NCBI GenBank assembly: GCA_965263355.1
Contig: CBDHHL010000056.1
Coordinates: forward strand, 1,888,001-1,952,000
Length of the DNA: 64,000 bases
Reading direction: 5' to 3'
DNA from: Leptolyngbyaceae cyanobacterium
GTDB lineage: Bacteria; Cyanobacteriota; Cyanobacteriia; Phormidesmidales; Phormidesmidaceae
In this document: positions 34,021 through 44,919 of the stretch, in pieces
Layout: every line of letters begins with the position of its first letter
How positions within the stretch are numbered: the first letter of the stretch is position 1
Position numbers and translations under genes: made by a program
Notes under the pieces: generated by a model
What the model was told of the DNA's origin: nothing
What the model saw: only the letters and a program-made list of their open reading frames with translations
The model's database searches: none

Positions 34021-35241
34021 ATGCCTACCTACGTTGCCACAGGGCGAGACACTACAGGCCGAACCCGACGAGAGAAGGTTGTTGCGGCCACACCGGGTGA
34101 AGCTCGGACAATGCTCAAGGAGCGTGGAGTCTATATTCAAAGTATCAAACAGGAGCGAGGGCTGAATTTTAACTTGGAGGATATAAAAACCTCTTTAGTT
34201 AATGTCTCAGTAAAAGATAAAGCTGTTTTTTCACGTCAGTTTGCGGCTCTGGTAAATGCAGGCGTAGGACTAGTCAGAGGGATCGGTATTTTAGGTGAAC
34301 AGTGCCCTAATCCTAAGCTGAAAAAAGCTTTACTAGCAATCAATGCCGATGTGCAACAAGGTAATAACCTATCTGACTCGATGCGCAAACATCCATCAAG
34401 TTTTGACTTGTTATACGTCAGTATGGTGCAAGCAGGTGAAGTTGGAGGTGTGTTGGATGAAGTCTTAAATCGTCTAGCCAAGCTTTTGGAAGATCTCAAT
34501 CGCTTGCAGAACCAAATTAAGTCTGCAATGGCTTATCCAGTAACGGTTGGTGTACTGGCTGTCACCATCTTTCTGGGTATGACGATATTTCTGCTGCCTA
34601 TTTTTGAAAATATTTTTACTGAACTGGGAGCAGAATTACCAGGCTTTACGCAGTTTATGATCAACATTAGTCGGTTTTTGCGTAATCCATTACTGGTCTT
34701 TATAACAATCGCTATATTGATCGTAGCTGGTTTTCTGTATCGCCAGTACTACAAAACTCGGGCTGGTAGAGAGACTATGGACCGAGTATTTTTGAAACTG
34801 CCTCTGTTTGGTGATTTAGTTCAGAAGTCAGCAACTGCAAGATTTTGTCGCACGTTTGGCTCTCTTTCTCGGTCTGGTGTGCCAATTTTGACAGCATTAG
34901 AAATTGTGCGAGATACATCAGGTAACCAAGTTATTGCTAACGCAATTGAAGAGGCTCGTTCAGAGATTCAGACTGGTGGCATGATTAGCCTGGCCTTGCA
35001 AAGACATCAAGTCTTTCCAGTGATGGCTATCCAGATGATCAGCATTGGTGAGGAAACAGGCGAACTAGATCAGATGTTAATGAAAGTGGCAGACTTTTAT
35101 GAGGATGAGGTTGAACAGGCGGTCAAAGCATTAACTAGTATTATGGAACCGCTTATGATTATTTTCTTGGGTGGTATGGTAGGTTCTATCCTGATAGCAA
35201 TGTATTTGCCAATCTTCGCATTGCCTGGTGCCATCAATTAA
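34021..35241 (+). CDS. pilC: type IV pilus platform protein PilC
   Basis: FSRQFA, GEVGGVL, AMAYP, GEETGEL, MYLPIF. Confidence 0.96.
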   Translation: MPTYVATGRDTTGRTRREKVVAATPGEARTMLKERGVYIQSIKQERGLNFNLEDIKTSLVNVSVKDKAVFSRQFAALVNAGVGLVRGIGILGEQCPNPKLKKALLAINADVQQGNNLSDSMRKHPSSFDLLYVSMVQAGEVGGVLDEVLNRLAKLLEDLNRLQNQIKSAMAYPVTVGVLAVTIFLGMTIFLLPIFENIFTELGAELPGFTQFMINISRFLRNPLLVFITIAILIVAGFLYRQYYKTRAGRETMDRVFLKLPLFGDLVQKSATARFCRTFGSLSRSGVPILTALEIVRDTSGNQVIANAIEEARSEIQTGGMISLALQRHQVFPVMAIQMISIGEETGELDQMLMKVADFYEDEVEQAVKALTSIMEPLMIIFLGGMVGSILIAMYLPIFALPGAIN

Positions 35242-35312
35242 GAGAGGCTGGAGTGCTATTTCTGGATTAAATTTTACCTACTGGATTCTTTTGCCAAAAA
35301 CATTTCTTTTAT

Positions 35313-35351
35313 ACAAGTACCCTAGCTATAAAACATAGTTAGGGTACTTGT
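35313..35351. terminator. bidirectional hairpin between convergent pilC and ABC transporter genes
   Basis: ACAAGTACCCTAG ... TTAGGGTACTTGT. Confidence 0.6.
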
Positions 35352-35369
35352 GTTTTATATCGGTACCGG

Positions 35370-37118
35370 TTACTGGAGGACTTCTTTGAGTTTATGTTGA
35401 TTCCAGAGCCGCTGATATAAACCAGCACGAATTACTAGGCTATCGTGGGTACCTGTTTGGACAATACGGCCTTTGTCCATAACTACGATGCGATCGCAAT
35501 TTGCTGCCGCTGACATTTGGTGGGTAATAAAAATAACAGTCTTACGTTGAGTTCCGTGGGATAGGTTATCTAAAATTTGAGTTGCCGTTTGGTTATCAAC
35601 GCTAGACAAAGCATCATCAAGCACTAAAATCGGCGCATCAACCAACAGTGCCCGTCCTAGAGCTGTACGTTGTCGCTGCCCTCCCGATAAGGTAATCCCC
35701 CGTTCTCCTACAATTGTGTCATATTGGTTCGGAAAGTTTAAGATTTCGCTCTGAATCTGAGCTAATTTTGCCGCTTGCTCGATCTCGGGCATTTCCGCCA
35801 AAGGCATGCCGTATCGGAGATTGTTTTTAACTTTTGTACTAAATAAAAAACTGTCTTGTGGAACAAATGCAATCGCCCGTCGTAGATCTGGCAAAGTTAC
35901 CTGGGTTATATCATGATGATCAATAAACAGTTGTCCTTCACTAATTTCCAAAATTCGAGGTAGTGCCTTAGCAAGAGTAGATTTTCCTGAGCCAATGGGA
36001 CCCACCAAGGCTATAGTTTCTCCTGGCTCAATGGTAAAGGATATATCCTGAATGGCTGGCGTAGCAGTACCAGGATATTGGTAGGTTAGACCTTGAGCCC
36101 TGAGCTGACCAGTTACCTCAGTTACTGGTAATTTTGTTGCCCTATTAGCTGTGGCGACTTTAGGTTGTGCTGCAAAAATCGCTTCAATCCGATCAACGCT
36201 TACTTCACCTCGTTGATAAGACGTAATCGTAAACCCTAAAAGAGCAGTTGGGAATACCAGATTATTGACATAGAGCAGCAGCGTCACAAAATCTCCAACA
36301 GCCAATCCCCCCGCAGCAATGCTACGCGCACCCAGCGCCAAAATAATCACTAAGCTAAGACTAGCTAAACCGCCCAGGAGAGGAAAGAGTGTATTTCGGG
36401 TACGGGCCAATAATAGATTAGCTTCCAGCACTGCATCATTACATTGGGCAAAGGCTTGTTGCTCATTAGTCTCCTGGGCATAAATCTTGATTAATCCGAT
36501 GCCACTCATATCCTCTTGAATGAGGGTACTCAAGTCAGACAAAGACTGTTGTACATCTAACTGTTCCTGGCGGAGACGATTACTAAAGGAGCCTACCAGC
36601 AACATCATCAGCGGATAGATAGCCAAGGCCACCAACGTTAATCGTATGCTGATACGGAACATGGCAGGAACAGTCAAGCTATACGCAAATAAAATATTTG
36701 CCAAACTGAGCACTGCAAATCCGAGTAAACGGCGAATGTTATCCACATCGCTGGTAGCCCGATTAATCAGATCTCCAATGGTATTTTCTGCAAAGTAGGC
36801 AGGTTCTAATGACAGCAGGTGTTCAAAAATACGCTGCTTTAGATCAAACTCGACTTTACGTCCGACGCCAAATATCAGCACCCGTGAGGCCATACGAATG
36901 ACCCACATCACCGTTGCTAATGCCAATATCAGCACCACATAGCGCAGAATCGTTCCTTGGCTAAAGGTAATTTTGAGCCTTTCAACGGCATCACCAATGA
37001 TCAGAGGAATCCAAACACTGAGAATATTAACGACCAACAGGGCCCCAATGCCTATAAAAAGCTCTTGCCGATGGGGGTGAAGATAGCTGGTTAAATACTG
37101 CAGCCTAGACTGTGCCAT
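35370..37118 (-). CDS. ABC exporter, fused TMD-NBD
   Basis: N-terminal TM helices, GPIGSGKST, LSGGQRQR, LDDALSSVD. Confidence 0.95.
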   Translation of the reverse strand: MAQSRLQYLTSYLHPHRQELFIGIGALLVVNILSVWIPLIIGDAVERLKITFSQGTILRYVVLILALATVMWVIRMASRVLIFGVGRKVEFDLKQRIFEHLLSLEPAYFAENTIGDLINRATSDVDNIRRLLGFAVLSLANILFAYSLTVPAMFRISIRLTLVALAIYPLMMLLVGSFSNRLRQEQLDVQQSLSDLSTLIQEDMSGIGLIKIYAQETNEQQAFAQCNDAVLEANLLLARTRNTLFPLLGGLASLSLVIILALGARSIAAGGLAVGDFVTLLLYVNNLVFPTALLGFTITSYQRGEVSVDRIEAIFAAQPKVATANRATKLPVTEVTGQLRAQGLTYQYPGTATPAIQDISFTIEPGETIALVGPIGSGKSTLAKALPRILEISEGQLFIDHHDITQVTLPDLRRAIAFVPQDSFLFSTKVKNNLRYGMPLAEMPEIEQAAKLAQIQSEILNFPNQYDTIVGERGITLSGGQRQRTALGRALLVDAPILVLDDALSSVDNQTATQILDNLSHGTQRKTVIFITHQMSAAANCDRIVVMDKGRIVQTGTHDSLVIRAGLYQRLWNQHKLKEVLQ

Positions 37119-37224
37119 AGAAGTACTCGAAACGCATCTGCAGCCCTTGCTGCTTAACTATCGTAGTACCCTTATGTCAGGATTGGCGGCCAAAAAACTT
37201 GGCCACCAATAGTTAAGCCTCTGC

Positions 37225-38319
37225 TTACAGTTCGATATTGGAATTCCAGCTGAAATCAAAGCTCGGTAGCCAACCCCGTAAAAAGTAGTAGGTAGAAGTC
37301 AGGACTTCATCCCAGTATCGAGATGTCAGCTGGAGCGCATCAACATTAGGAATAATGTCAGGTAAGCGGGAAAATGTATCATTTCCTGACCAGGTATTAA
37401 CTGAGTAAAAATCAGTCGGCTTAGCAATTACCTGCATATCCATATTTTCAAAGGTCAATGCTGAGCGTGTCATGGTCATGGCTGGAGCTACCAACATAAT
37501 CCGTGGATCGGTTGGTTCATCGCGATTGTTTCTCGCAGGCAGTACCTGCTGACTACGCAGAAAAGTATCGACTCTCTCAGCTGTACCATGAGCATTTAAG
37601 CCAGTGGATTCGAAACGAATACGTTCTGCAGGTACCCCGTTATTGAGCAACACCGTTCTCAGATTTTGACGTTTGATTTGACTGGCCTCGCTATTTCCAC
37701 CTGGATCGGCTGTCACCACCACAAATGGATTAGCCCCCGCCTGACGAGCATCACTATAAAGCTGAGATGCATAGATTAAGCGGGGTACCAGTGTAGAGTT
37801 ATAAGCTTGATCGCTAGCACTTTGAAAGGCAACAGATCCCTGAGAATCTCCAGCATCATTACCAAGAACAACAATCGCGCCTGTACGATCCAACCTAGGC
37901 CCTTGCAGACCAGCGGGACAAACCTCAGCACATTGCTCAGCCCGAGCAGTGAATGCCTGCTGTACTTCTAGTTCTGAGCGAGCAACAATGTAGCGACTAA
38001 AAATAGGCAAACTCGTAACGACTAAAATTGCTAGAGCGGCGGCTACCTGCTGCCCCTTAACCTTCCCCACACCATCACTAATTGCAGATCCTAGCAATAA
38101 AATTGTTGCTCCGAGAGGCGTTAGTGGTAACGAGAGCAATCGCCAAATGGTACCAATCGTTTCGTCATTGGGATCTGCAAATGACGCAACAATGAGTACC
38201 AATACAATCACTCCACCAAACCAAGTAAGGTACTGTTTAGGAATGATTTTGGTCAGAATGTACCAAACTAATAGCCCAATAGTGGCCCAAAGTAAAACAC
38301 GGGTAAGCAGGACAAGCAT
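37225..38319 (-). CDS. YdcF/DUF218-like membrane protein
   Basis: N-terminal TMs, AIVVLG, GVPAERI, PTDF. Confidence 0.7.
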   Translation of the reverse strand: MLVLLTRVLLWATIGLLVWYILTKIIPKQYLTWFGGVIVLVLIVASFADPNDETIGTIWRLLSLPLTPLGATILLLGSAISDGVGKVKGQQVAAALAILVVTSLPIFSRYIVARSELEVQQAFTARAEQCAEVCPAGLQGPRLDRTGAIVVLGNDAGDSQGSVAFQSASDQAYNSTLVPRLIYASQLYSDARQAGANPFVVVTADPGGNSEASQIKRQNLRTVLLNNGVPAERIRFESTGLNAHGTAERVDTFLRSQQVLPARNNRDEPTDPRIMLVAPAMTMTRSALTFENMDMQVIAKPTDFYSVNTWSGNDTFSRLPDIIPNVDALQLTSRYWDEVLTSTYYFLRGWLPSFDFSWNSNIEL

Positions 38320-38580
38320 GGGAACCTTTTAGACAACAGGCGCAAGAGAGATTGTTCAAAAGTTAAGCACATTAGTTCATTTTCGGCTACCGGGTTAGGC
38401 GCTTAAACCGGAACTAATATACCTGGTTCTGTACGTAGATGGGCTCTAAACTGTAAAAACATTTGGCAAAACATGTCTCTTTACGCCCAAATTTAAAGCG
38501 GGAACCTTGTTAAGGCTCCCGCTTAGGGATATTGCTTGAAAAGATTAATAGTGGAGCAATGAAATTAAGTCAATACAGAG

Positions 38581-39540
38581 CTACACCAATTTTAGGTTGG
38601 GATATTGAGCAATTACCTCATCGCTGGTCAATGTTTCACCACTGGCTTGAGGGGTCCATAAAACTTCAACCGCCATTAGCGCATCGCTAGAGATTGCACC
38701 AATTTGGTTAAGGGCTTTCTGAACATCATGTTCAGCATTGATATTGGGAAGCACCAATTTACCCTGGGTAGCTACAATCACAGTGACAATGATGTATTCC
38801 CCGGAGGGTAAATTGCCATCCGTATCGGTCAGAGCGGCACTGTCACTCCCAGATAGCTGGTTATTAACGTTGGAGACAGCTTCGTGGCTAAACTTGCTCC
38901 GTTCCATCAGGGCCAAGCGATTAAATTCCACCTCAGCAGAGGTTAGCTTTGTTTGGACAGTATCGGTATCTGCGTAAGCCCAGTATTCTGGGTGACGTAG
39001 CAGAGACAGGGTGCTTTCTTGTAGTACTTTGGCTAGTCCAGCGGTGGAGCTAGTATCTGCAGATGTGGCCAAACGATTGAGATCATCTTGCAGGTGACGA
39101 GCCTTGGCCAATAACCCCACCTGTAGACGGGCTACAGAAACCGTAGGATTTGGGGTATAGGAGGCTTCCCCACTGTCAAATCCAGCGGAGCGAAAGCTGC
39201 GTATTAGGAAGGATGCGATCGCAAAAAATACCAGCAAGCTAAACAACCCGCCACCACCAAATCCAAACAGCGGCATCACTAAAGGAAACCCAAAACCAAA
39301 GCCACCACCAGGATAATAACCGTTAGCAGGACCTCGATAGCTGCGGGGGGATGAATACGTACGCCCGGAAGGACGGCTGGGAGCCCTAAAACTGCCACCA
39401 CCGATGCGACCACCAGCGCGAGCAGCTAACGCGCCGTCAGCTTGGGAAAAGACCAGAACAAATGCGAGGACACAAACCAAAAACGGTTTTAGCAGAGGCC
39501 GTAGCCAAGACGTAAATTGAGTTAGCTTAAATCGACTCAT
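38581..39540 (-). CDS. DUF1517-family protein (FLAP1-like)
   Basis: GGRIGGGSF, Gly-rich linker, LLRHPEYW, EVLWTPQ. Confidence 0.85.
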   Translation of the reverse strand: MSRFKLTQFTSWLRPLLKPFLVCVLAFVLVFSQADGALAARAGGRIGGGSFRAPSRPSGRTYSSPRSYRGPANGYYPGGGFGFGFPLVMPLFGFGGGGLFSLLVFFAIASFLIRSFRSAGFDSGEASYTPNPTVSVARLQVGLLAKARHLQDDLNRLATSADTSSTAGLAKVLQESTLSLLRHPEYWAYADTDTVQTKLTSAEVEFNRLALMERSKFSHEAVSNVNNQLSGSDSAALTDTDGNLPSGEYIIVTVIVATQGKLVLPNINAEHDVQKALNQIGAISSDALMAVEVLWTPQASGETLTSDEVIAQYPNLKLV

Positions 39541-39659
39541 GGTGCAGGGTGCAAAAAACGCTCAGAGCGGCCCACTAGGCCAGTAGCTCGTTACTAAAAT
39601 AGCTCGCCAAGTGTAGCCACTTTTACTGTAACGCGTTTAGTTAAGTCAGACCGATAGTG

Positions 39660-39905
39660 TCAATGGGAGGGATTACCGTATCCCCCCCCAACAATGGTGA
39701 CCACCTCCAAGCGATCATCAGGTTGCATCACCGTAGAGTCCCAAAACTGACGATGCAAAATCTCGCCATTGTACTCCACTGCCACCAAACGGGGATCCAT
39801 ATCTAGCTGAGTTAAAAGCTGTGGTAAGGTCGTGCCCTGCGGGCAAGATTGAGCATTACCATTCACATGGAGGGTGATCAGAGCTGTATCAAAGCTATTA
39901 TTCAT
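39660..39905 (-). CDS. thiS: thiamine biosynthesis sulfur carrier ThiS
   Basis: VAVEYNGEI, EVVTIVGGG with a short C-terminal extension. Confidence 0.92.
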   Translation of the reverse strand: MNNSFDTALITLHVNGNAQSCPQGTTLPQLLTQLDMDPRLVAVEYNGEILHRQFWDSTVMQPDDRLEVVTIVGGGYGNPSH

Positions 39906-39908
39906 CGG

Positions 39909-40958
39909 TCAGCTTTCATAAAAATGCTGTTTAAAGGCCTGAGTGGCCTGGGTCGGATCATCAGCCTGCATAATTGCCCGTACAACAGCAATGCCTGGAG
40001 CCCCGGCATTTCGTACCGCTGCTACATTAGTCAGATCGATGCCGCCAATGGCAAACCAGGGCATGGGAGCATGCTCCACAGCGTAGCGAACATAATCATA
40101 CCCTGCTGCTGCTTTGCCAGGTTTAGTGGGGGTGGCATGGACGGGACCCACACCAATGTAGTCAGCCCCTTCATCAATAGCTCGGGCCATTTCTGTTGGG
40201 TTTGTGGTCGATCTACCCACAATTGGTAATGGTCCCAGCATACGACGAACAGTAGCCATCGGCAGATCTTGTTGGCCTAAATGCACACCATCTGCACCGA
40301 CTGCGGCGGCAATATCCACACGGTCATTAACAATAAACAGAGCATTGTATTGATGACAAAGTAATTTCATTTTGCTGGCCAGCTCTAGCCGCACCTGATC
40401 ATCGGCTGCTTTTTCCCGGTACTGGACAATATCAATCCCGCCCTTAAGAGCAGCTTCTACAACCGCCAACAAATGATCGCTGGGAGCGGTTACCAAGTAA
40501 GTCTGGGCGTTAGCCAGTTGCTGTCGTAAGTCATGGCCCAGCAATTTGCTTTCCAATGTGTAAAGCTGATAGCGCATCTGTTTTGAACTGCGGGCCATGT
40601 CAGCAGAATAAAGTTTTCCATATTCTTCAAGCACACGCAGTGCCTCTTGCACCCGACAGCAGTTAACTTGCACTACTGTTTGCAAAGTATCACGCTGTTC
40701 TTCCTGGGGATGACTGAGGGTAGTCCCCGCATCTCCAGGCGTGTCACGACTTTGACGAAGCTTGTCGCTGTGCCAACTACCTAGGGTTTGACGAAGATGT
40801 TTAATTTCCTGGGTAAGGGTGACGTCCTTGAGACCAAATCGGCACCATTCTTCAACAATGCGAAGGCCTTCACGAGCCCGATCCAAATTGGCATCTAAAA
40901 TTCTATACAGCACTTCCTGAGACTGGTTTTCAGTGAGTGGCTCAGTGTTCATAGACAA
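39909..40958 (-). CDS. thiE: thiamine-phosphate synthase with cyanobacterial N-terminal extension
   Basis: RILDANLDRAREGLR extension, QYREK, NDRVD, GVHLGQQD, TPTK, AIGGI. Confidence 0.96.
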   Translation of the reverse strand: MSMNTEPLTENQSQEVLYRILDANLDRAREGLRIVEEWCRFGLKDVTLTQEIKHLRQTLGSWHSDKLRQSRDTPGDAGTTLSHPQEEQRDTLQTVVQVNCCRVQEALRVLEEYGKLYSADMARSSKQMRYQLYTLESKLLGHDLRQQLANAQTYLVTAPSDHLLAVVEAALKGGIDIVQYREKAADDQVRLELASKMKLLCHQYNALFIVNDRVDIAAAVGADGVHLGQQDLPMATVRRMLGPLPIVGRSTTNPTEMARAIDEGADYIGVGPVHATPTKPGKAAAGYDYVRYAVEHAPMPWFAIGGIDLTNVAAVRNAGAPGIAVVRAIMQADDPTQATQAFKQHFYES

Positions 40959-41087
40959 GCGGGTTATGAGGGCAAAGCCTCCCTATGGTATCAGCTATAA
41001 ATTCGATACCATCTGTTACAAAGGGTTGACAAAATTCTAAGCCCCTATCAAAATCCCTAAACATAAATTAAAGTCCTAGGCATAGAT

Positions 41088-41158
41088 AAACCTTGTTCAC
41101 GTCTAGAACTGAAGTTTTTCTGTAGAAGAAACTACAGGTTTTAGCTTGCACGTGGTTT
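41088..41158. repeat. dispersed palindromic repeat, copy A
   Basis: 60/71 identical without gaps to 57469-57539. Confidence 0.75.
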
Positions 41159-41311
41159 ATACACCTCAGGCATAAACAACTCAGACATAAACGACATCCT
41201 GCCTCACGCACCCACCGCAAATTTTGCAGTATTAACCCATGGATTTGGGATGGTAGGCAGAGCGTCATCGCAATTGGCTCGGCGAAACATGTTTTCCGAG
41301 TAGTCACATTA

Positions 41312-43123
41312 GTGGATTCGACGATGAACGCAATCAGACAAGTAAACCCCATGCATGGCATGGCGCTGCTGGCCATGGCAGCGATTGTGAGCACACTTCC
41401 AGCTACCGCTCAAGACTCCTTGCCGAGGAGTGTGTCTACATCACAATCAGTAAGTATGGGGCCAGCGCCTCAAGGCTATGGTGTATTGCATGTCAATGTA
41501 GTGACGGGGAGTGATCAACAGGGGGCAGGCAGTGCTGAGCGGCCTTTCAAAACAATTACCCAAGCCTTGCGCAAGGCACCGACTACCAGCACGGTGATCT
41601 TGTTAGCACCGGGGCATTATAGCCAAGACTCTGGCGAACAGTTTCCCCTGCGTTTACGACCTGGCATTACGATTCAGGGGAATTCAGGTGAGACGCGGAA
41701 TACGCTAATTGTGGGGGGAGGTGAGTTTCAAGTTGGGAACGGGACTCAAAACACCACCATTGTGACGGCTGATCGTTCGGGACTCGCTAATATTCTGGTG
41801 TCTAATGCCAACGGTAGTGGCGTATGGATTACCGCTGGGTCGCCTATTCTTAGAAGAGTGGCTTTAGTTTCTAATGCAGTTGCTGGGGTGCAAGTCACTG
41901 ATAGTGCCCCCGTCATTGAAAACAGCTATTTCCATGGCAATCAGTATGGTTTGACAATTCAGGGTGATGGTCACGCGCTGATTCGAGGCAATTATTTTGA
42001 AGAGACAGGTCGTGCTATTACTGTGACTAGTCCAGCCACCCCAACCATCAACAACAATCGTATTGCCCGTAATCAGGTGGGTATCGTCTTAAAAAACAAT
42101 GCTCGCCCCCTAGTCAATGCTAACGCCCTGGTCAGTAATGACCGAAACGGAGTGGTCGAGGTGGAGTCCACTAGAGCCACAGCACCAACACCCACCAACC
42201 AATCGGAGGTGGAGCCCCATGGAGCGCCTGGCAATATATCGGCTGACAGAGGACAAGAGCCCCCAGCGGTCCTTATTCAGCCAGAAGCCGTAGTCACCGA
42301 TGGGCTAACTGAGCCAGTGAATACTGAACCAGTAGTGAATACTAACGAACCTGACGATGATGCCCATCAGGTGGCATCTGAGGTTATCTCTGGGGAGGAC
42401 ACGGCAACGGGTGCGATCGCATCCTTCAGAGCGCACCTAGCCAGAGAACGCCCGGCTGTTTTATCGGCCCCTGCGCCAGTCTCAGCAGCACAAGCTGCCC
42501 CCTTAGACAGTCCTCAGACAAGTAGCTCACCAAACCTTGATGAAGCTGTTCCCCACACCGCCGATAATGCCGTGATGAACGATACTCAGACCATTGCTGA
42601 AGACGGTATTCCCATTGCTGTAATTCCAGCCAGTGAGCCAGAGACTACTCCAAATAATTCGGCCAATAACGAGAACGAGCGACGGGAGGGGATTTCTAAG
42701 CTGCTGGCCCGATTAAACCGTAATCGAGAGTCGGCACTATCTCCATCCGAGAATACTGTTGCTGTAACAACGCCAACAGTATCCGTACCAGATATACCAA
42801 CACCGGATGTGCCAACATTTGACGAACCTACCGCAAATCAGCGATTACCTGTCCCCTCTGTAACGATTCCCAGTGGTAGTAGTTCAATTAACCTGACACC
42901 ACCAGGGACAATGGCTCTGACTAAAACCTTTCGGTACCGTGTGCTGGTGGACATGGCAGATGCAGAAGACTTAGAGAATTTAGTGCCGGATGCATTTCGT
43001 ACCCAGGTGGGCAGTCGTATGTTTATGCAGGCGGGCGCTTATGTCGATGAGGCGGAGGCTCAAGATCGGCTGGAATGGCTCCAGGAGAATGGTATTGAAG
43101 GACAAATCAATTTAAGAAATTAA
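41312..43123 (+). CDS. DUF1565 beta-helix protein with low-complexity linker and SPOR-like C-terminus
   Basis: Signal peptide, GSAERPFKTITQAL, LAPGHYS..GEQFPL, parallel beta-helix repeats, VPDAF...MQAGAY. Confidence 0.8.
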   Translation: MDSTMNAIRQVNPMHGMALLAMAAIVSTLPATAQDSLPRSVSTSQSVSMGPAPQGYGVLHVNVVTGSDQQGAGSAERPFKTITQALRKAPTTSTVILLAPGHYSQDSGEQFPLRLRPGITIQGNSGETRNTLIVGGGEFQVGNGTQNTTIVTADRSGLANILVSNANGSGVWITAGSPILRRVALVSNAVAGVQVTDSAPVIENSYFHGNQYGLTIQGDGHALIRGNYFEETGRAITVTSPATPTINNNRIARNQVGIVLKNNARPLVNANALVSNDRNGVVEVESTRATAPTPTNQSEVEPHGAPGNISADRGQEPPAVLIQPEAVVTDGLTEPVNTEPVVNTNEPDDDAHQVASEVISGEDTATGAIASFRAHLARERPAVLSAPAPVSAAQAAPLDSPQTSSSPNLDEAVPHTADNAVMNDTQTIAEDGIPIAVIPASEPETTPNNSANNENERREGISKLLARLNRNRESALSPSENTVAVTTPTVSVPDIPTPDVPTFDEPTANQRLPVPSVTIPSGSSSINLTPPGTMALTKTFRYRVLVDMADAEDLENLVPDAFRTQVGSRMFMQAGAYVDEAEAQDRLEWLQENGIEGQINLRN

Positions 43124-43129
43124 CAATTC

Positions 43130-44878
43130 TTAGAAAATCATGTCTAGATCATAGTCTTGTAGATTCATCCTATGGATTGCCCTGGCATCAATTTGGTTAT
43201 CGTTCCATGTAGCGACTAGTACCTCATGGTTACTCACCGACGTTAGGGCTGTAATCCCTTCTGGTCCTTGAATTCCACCAATGGGATACCAATCACGATC
43301 TAGCAATACCATCCGGCCTTTGATATCGCAGAAGAGATACCCCCAGGGTAAATCGAACATGAACTTAGGACATATATCCATCGGTATACGAGTCATTCGT
43401 AAGGGTTTGAGCATTAGGTAAATGACTGTCTGGGGAGCCTTGACATCGATAGCTAGCCACTGATGGGGCTTTCCCATGGGTGTCAACTGTTGTAACGTAA
43501 TGCCCAAGTTAAGAGACGTCAGATACATACCCCGCCGATTCCATAGCAGGAGCCGACTGCCCATTTGTTCAGAATTACTTAAAACCCCTATGTGACCGCC
43601 ATCCAGGGCTAAAATCTGGCTGATATCAATATCGGGGGCGAGAGGGCAGCGAATAGGACAAACGGCTGTTTCAGATTTAGATAATGGGGCAATGGTCAAT
43701 TGCTGATTAGCAAAATCGGCCCAAGCAGCCCACCGATGACGGGGGTCAACAGCAACCTTCACAGGCGTTTGCCACTGGTTGAAGAGAGTTAAGCTACCAT
43801 AGTTTGCTCCATTCCAGAGGGCATACTTTGTCGCTACAAATAATCCGGTTTTTGATGGATATATCTCCTGGATAGGACTATCTAAGATCTGTTCAGAAAT
43901 TGTCAGTGAGTTCTGCTGTAGAACGGCTATTTGTGGGCCATAGGCTATTAAGGTTTGAGGAGTGATGGTGGCGTTACTGAGTAGTTCTTGTAAAGAATTG
44001 ACAGGCTGGGTCAACCTGTATAAGGCTGACCCCGTGTAGGGAGAATAATCTGTTAATTCGACATGACGTGGTCGTGTTACCTCCAGATCGAGAGGCTCCA
44101 GTCGTCGCCAATCGGCAAGCATTTCGGTAGCGGTCGGATAGCGACGGGCTGGTAACTTTTCTAAGGCCTTGGCAACAATTTTTTTTATGGGGTCACTAAG
44201 CTGCTCTGCCTCAGGTACAGGCTGGTTCAGGTGGGCTAATTGTAGGGCTGTCGGAGTGCCTGTAAATGGTCGTCGCCCTACGATTAACTCAAACAGCATG
44301 ACCCCCACTGCATATACATCCGCAGCAGGGGAATATTGTCGGTAAAAACGTTCAGGAGCCATATAGGCAGGGGAGCCGGTTTGGCCTGAGCCGCTTTGAT
44401 TAGGCTGATCCTGGACAAGTTTAGCAATGCCAAAATCTGAGATCCTAGCCCGCCAGCGGCCATCACAGTAGCTGAGTAAAATATTTTCAGGTTTGACGTC
44501 ACAATGGACGATACCCTGTTGATGGGCATGGGCCAGCCCCTGAAGTACATCTGTAATCAGATTGAAAATTTCAGTCAGGCTCAAAGGGGTAAGCATGTGC
44601 GATCGCAACGTCCCCCCCGCACAATACTCCAACACTAGCCTGCGACCATCTTCAGAATGTTCTACCGCATGACAGGTAACAATATTGGTATGTGACAAGC
44701 TCAGTAAGCAATGCAGCTCCTGCAAAAAAGCATGGGTAGATAAGCTATGACGATGAAGATACTTAATCGCTACCAGCTGCCCTGTCCTACGATGAATCCC
44801 ACAATAGACCCGTCCAAACTGACCGTTACCGACCAGCCCTAACAGGCGATAGCTAGAGCGCTGATGGCGAACATTCAC
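43130..44878 (-). CDS. Hanks-type Ser/Thr kinase (SpkG-like) with C-terminal beta-rich domain
   Basis: GNGQFGRV, VAIK, HCDVKPEN, DFG, YMAPE. Last gene of the V4R cluster. Confidence 0.92.
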   Translation of the reverse strand: MNVRHQRSSYRLLGLVGNGQFGRVYCGIHRRTGQLVAIKYLHRHSLSTHAFLQELHCLLSLSHTNIVTCHAVEHSEDGRRLVLEYCAGGTLRSHMLTPLSLTEIFNLITDVLQGLAHAHQQGIVHCDVKPENILLSYCDGRWRARISDFGIAKLVQDQPNQSGSGQTGSPAYMAPERFYRQYSPAADVYAVGVMLFELIVGRRPFTGTPTALQLAHLNQPVPEAEQLSDPIKKIVAKALEKLPARRYPTATEMLADWRRLEPLDLEVTRPRHVELTDYSPYTGSALYRLTQPVNSLQELLSNATITPQTLIAYGPQIAVLQQNSLTISEQILDSPIQEIYPSKTGLFVATKYALWNGANYGSLTLFNQWQTPVKVAVDPRHRWAAWADFANQQLTIAPLSKSETAVCPIRCPLAPDIDISQILALDGGHIGVLSNSEQMGSRLLLWNRRGMYLTSLNLGITLQQLTPMGKPHQWLAIDVKAPQTVIYLMLKPLRMTRIPMDICPKFMFDLPWGYLFCDIKGRMVLLDRDWYPIGGIQGPEGITALTSVSNHEVLVATWNDNQIDARAIHRMNLQDYDLDMIF

Positions 44879-44919
44879 ATCAATGTATCCCTAGCATCCA
44901 TTGATCCATTGGCACGTTA

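Noticed and set aside
40960..41310. Possible TPP riboswitch upstream of thiE
   Set aside because: A CTGAG occurs only within a 15-bp tandem repeat (41165-41194), and the other TPP aptamer elements are missing.
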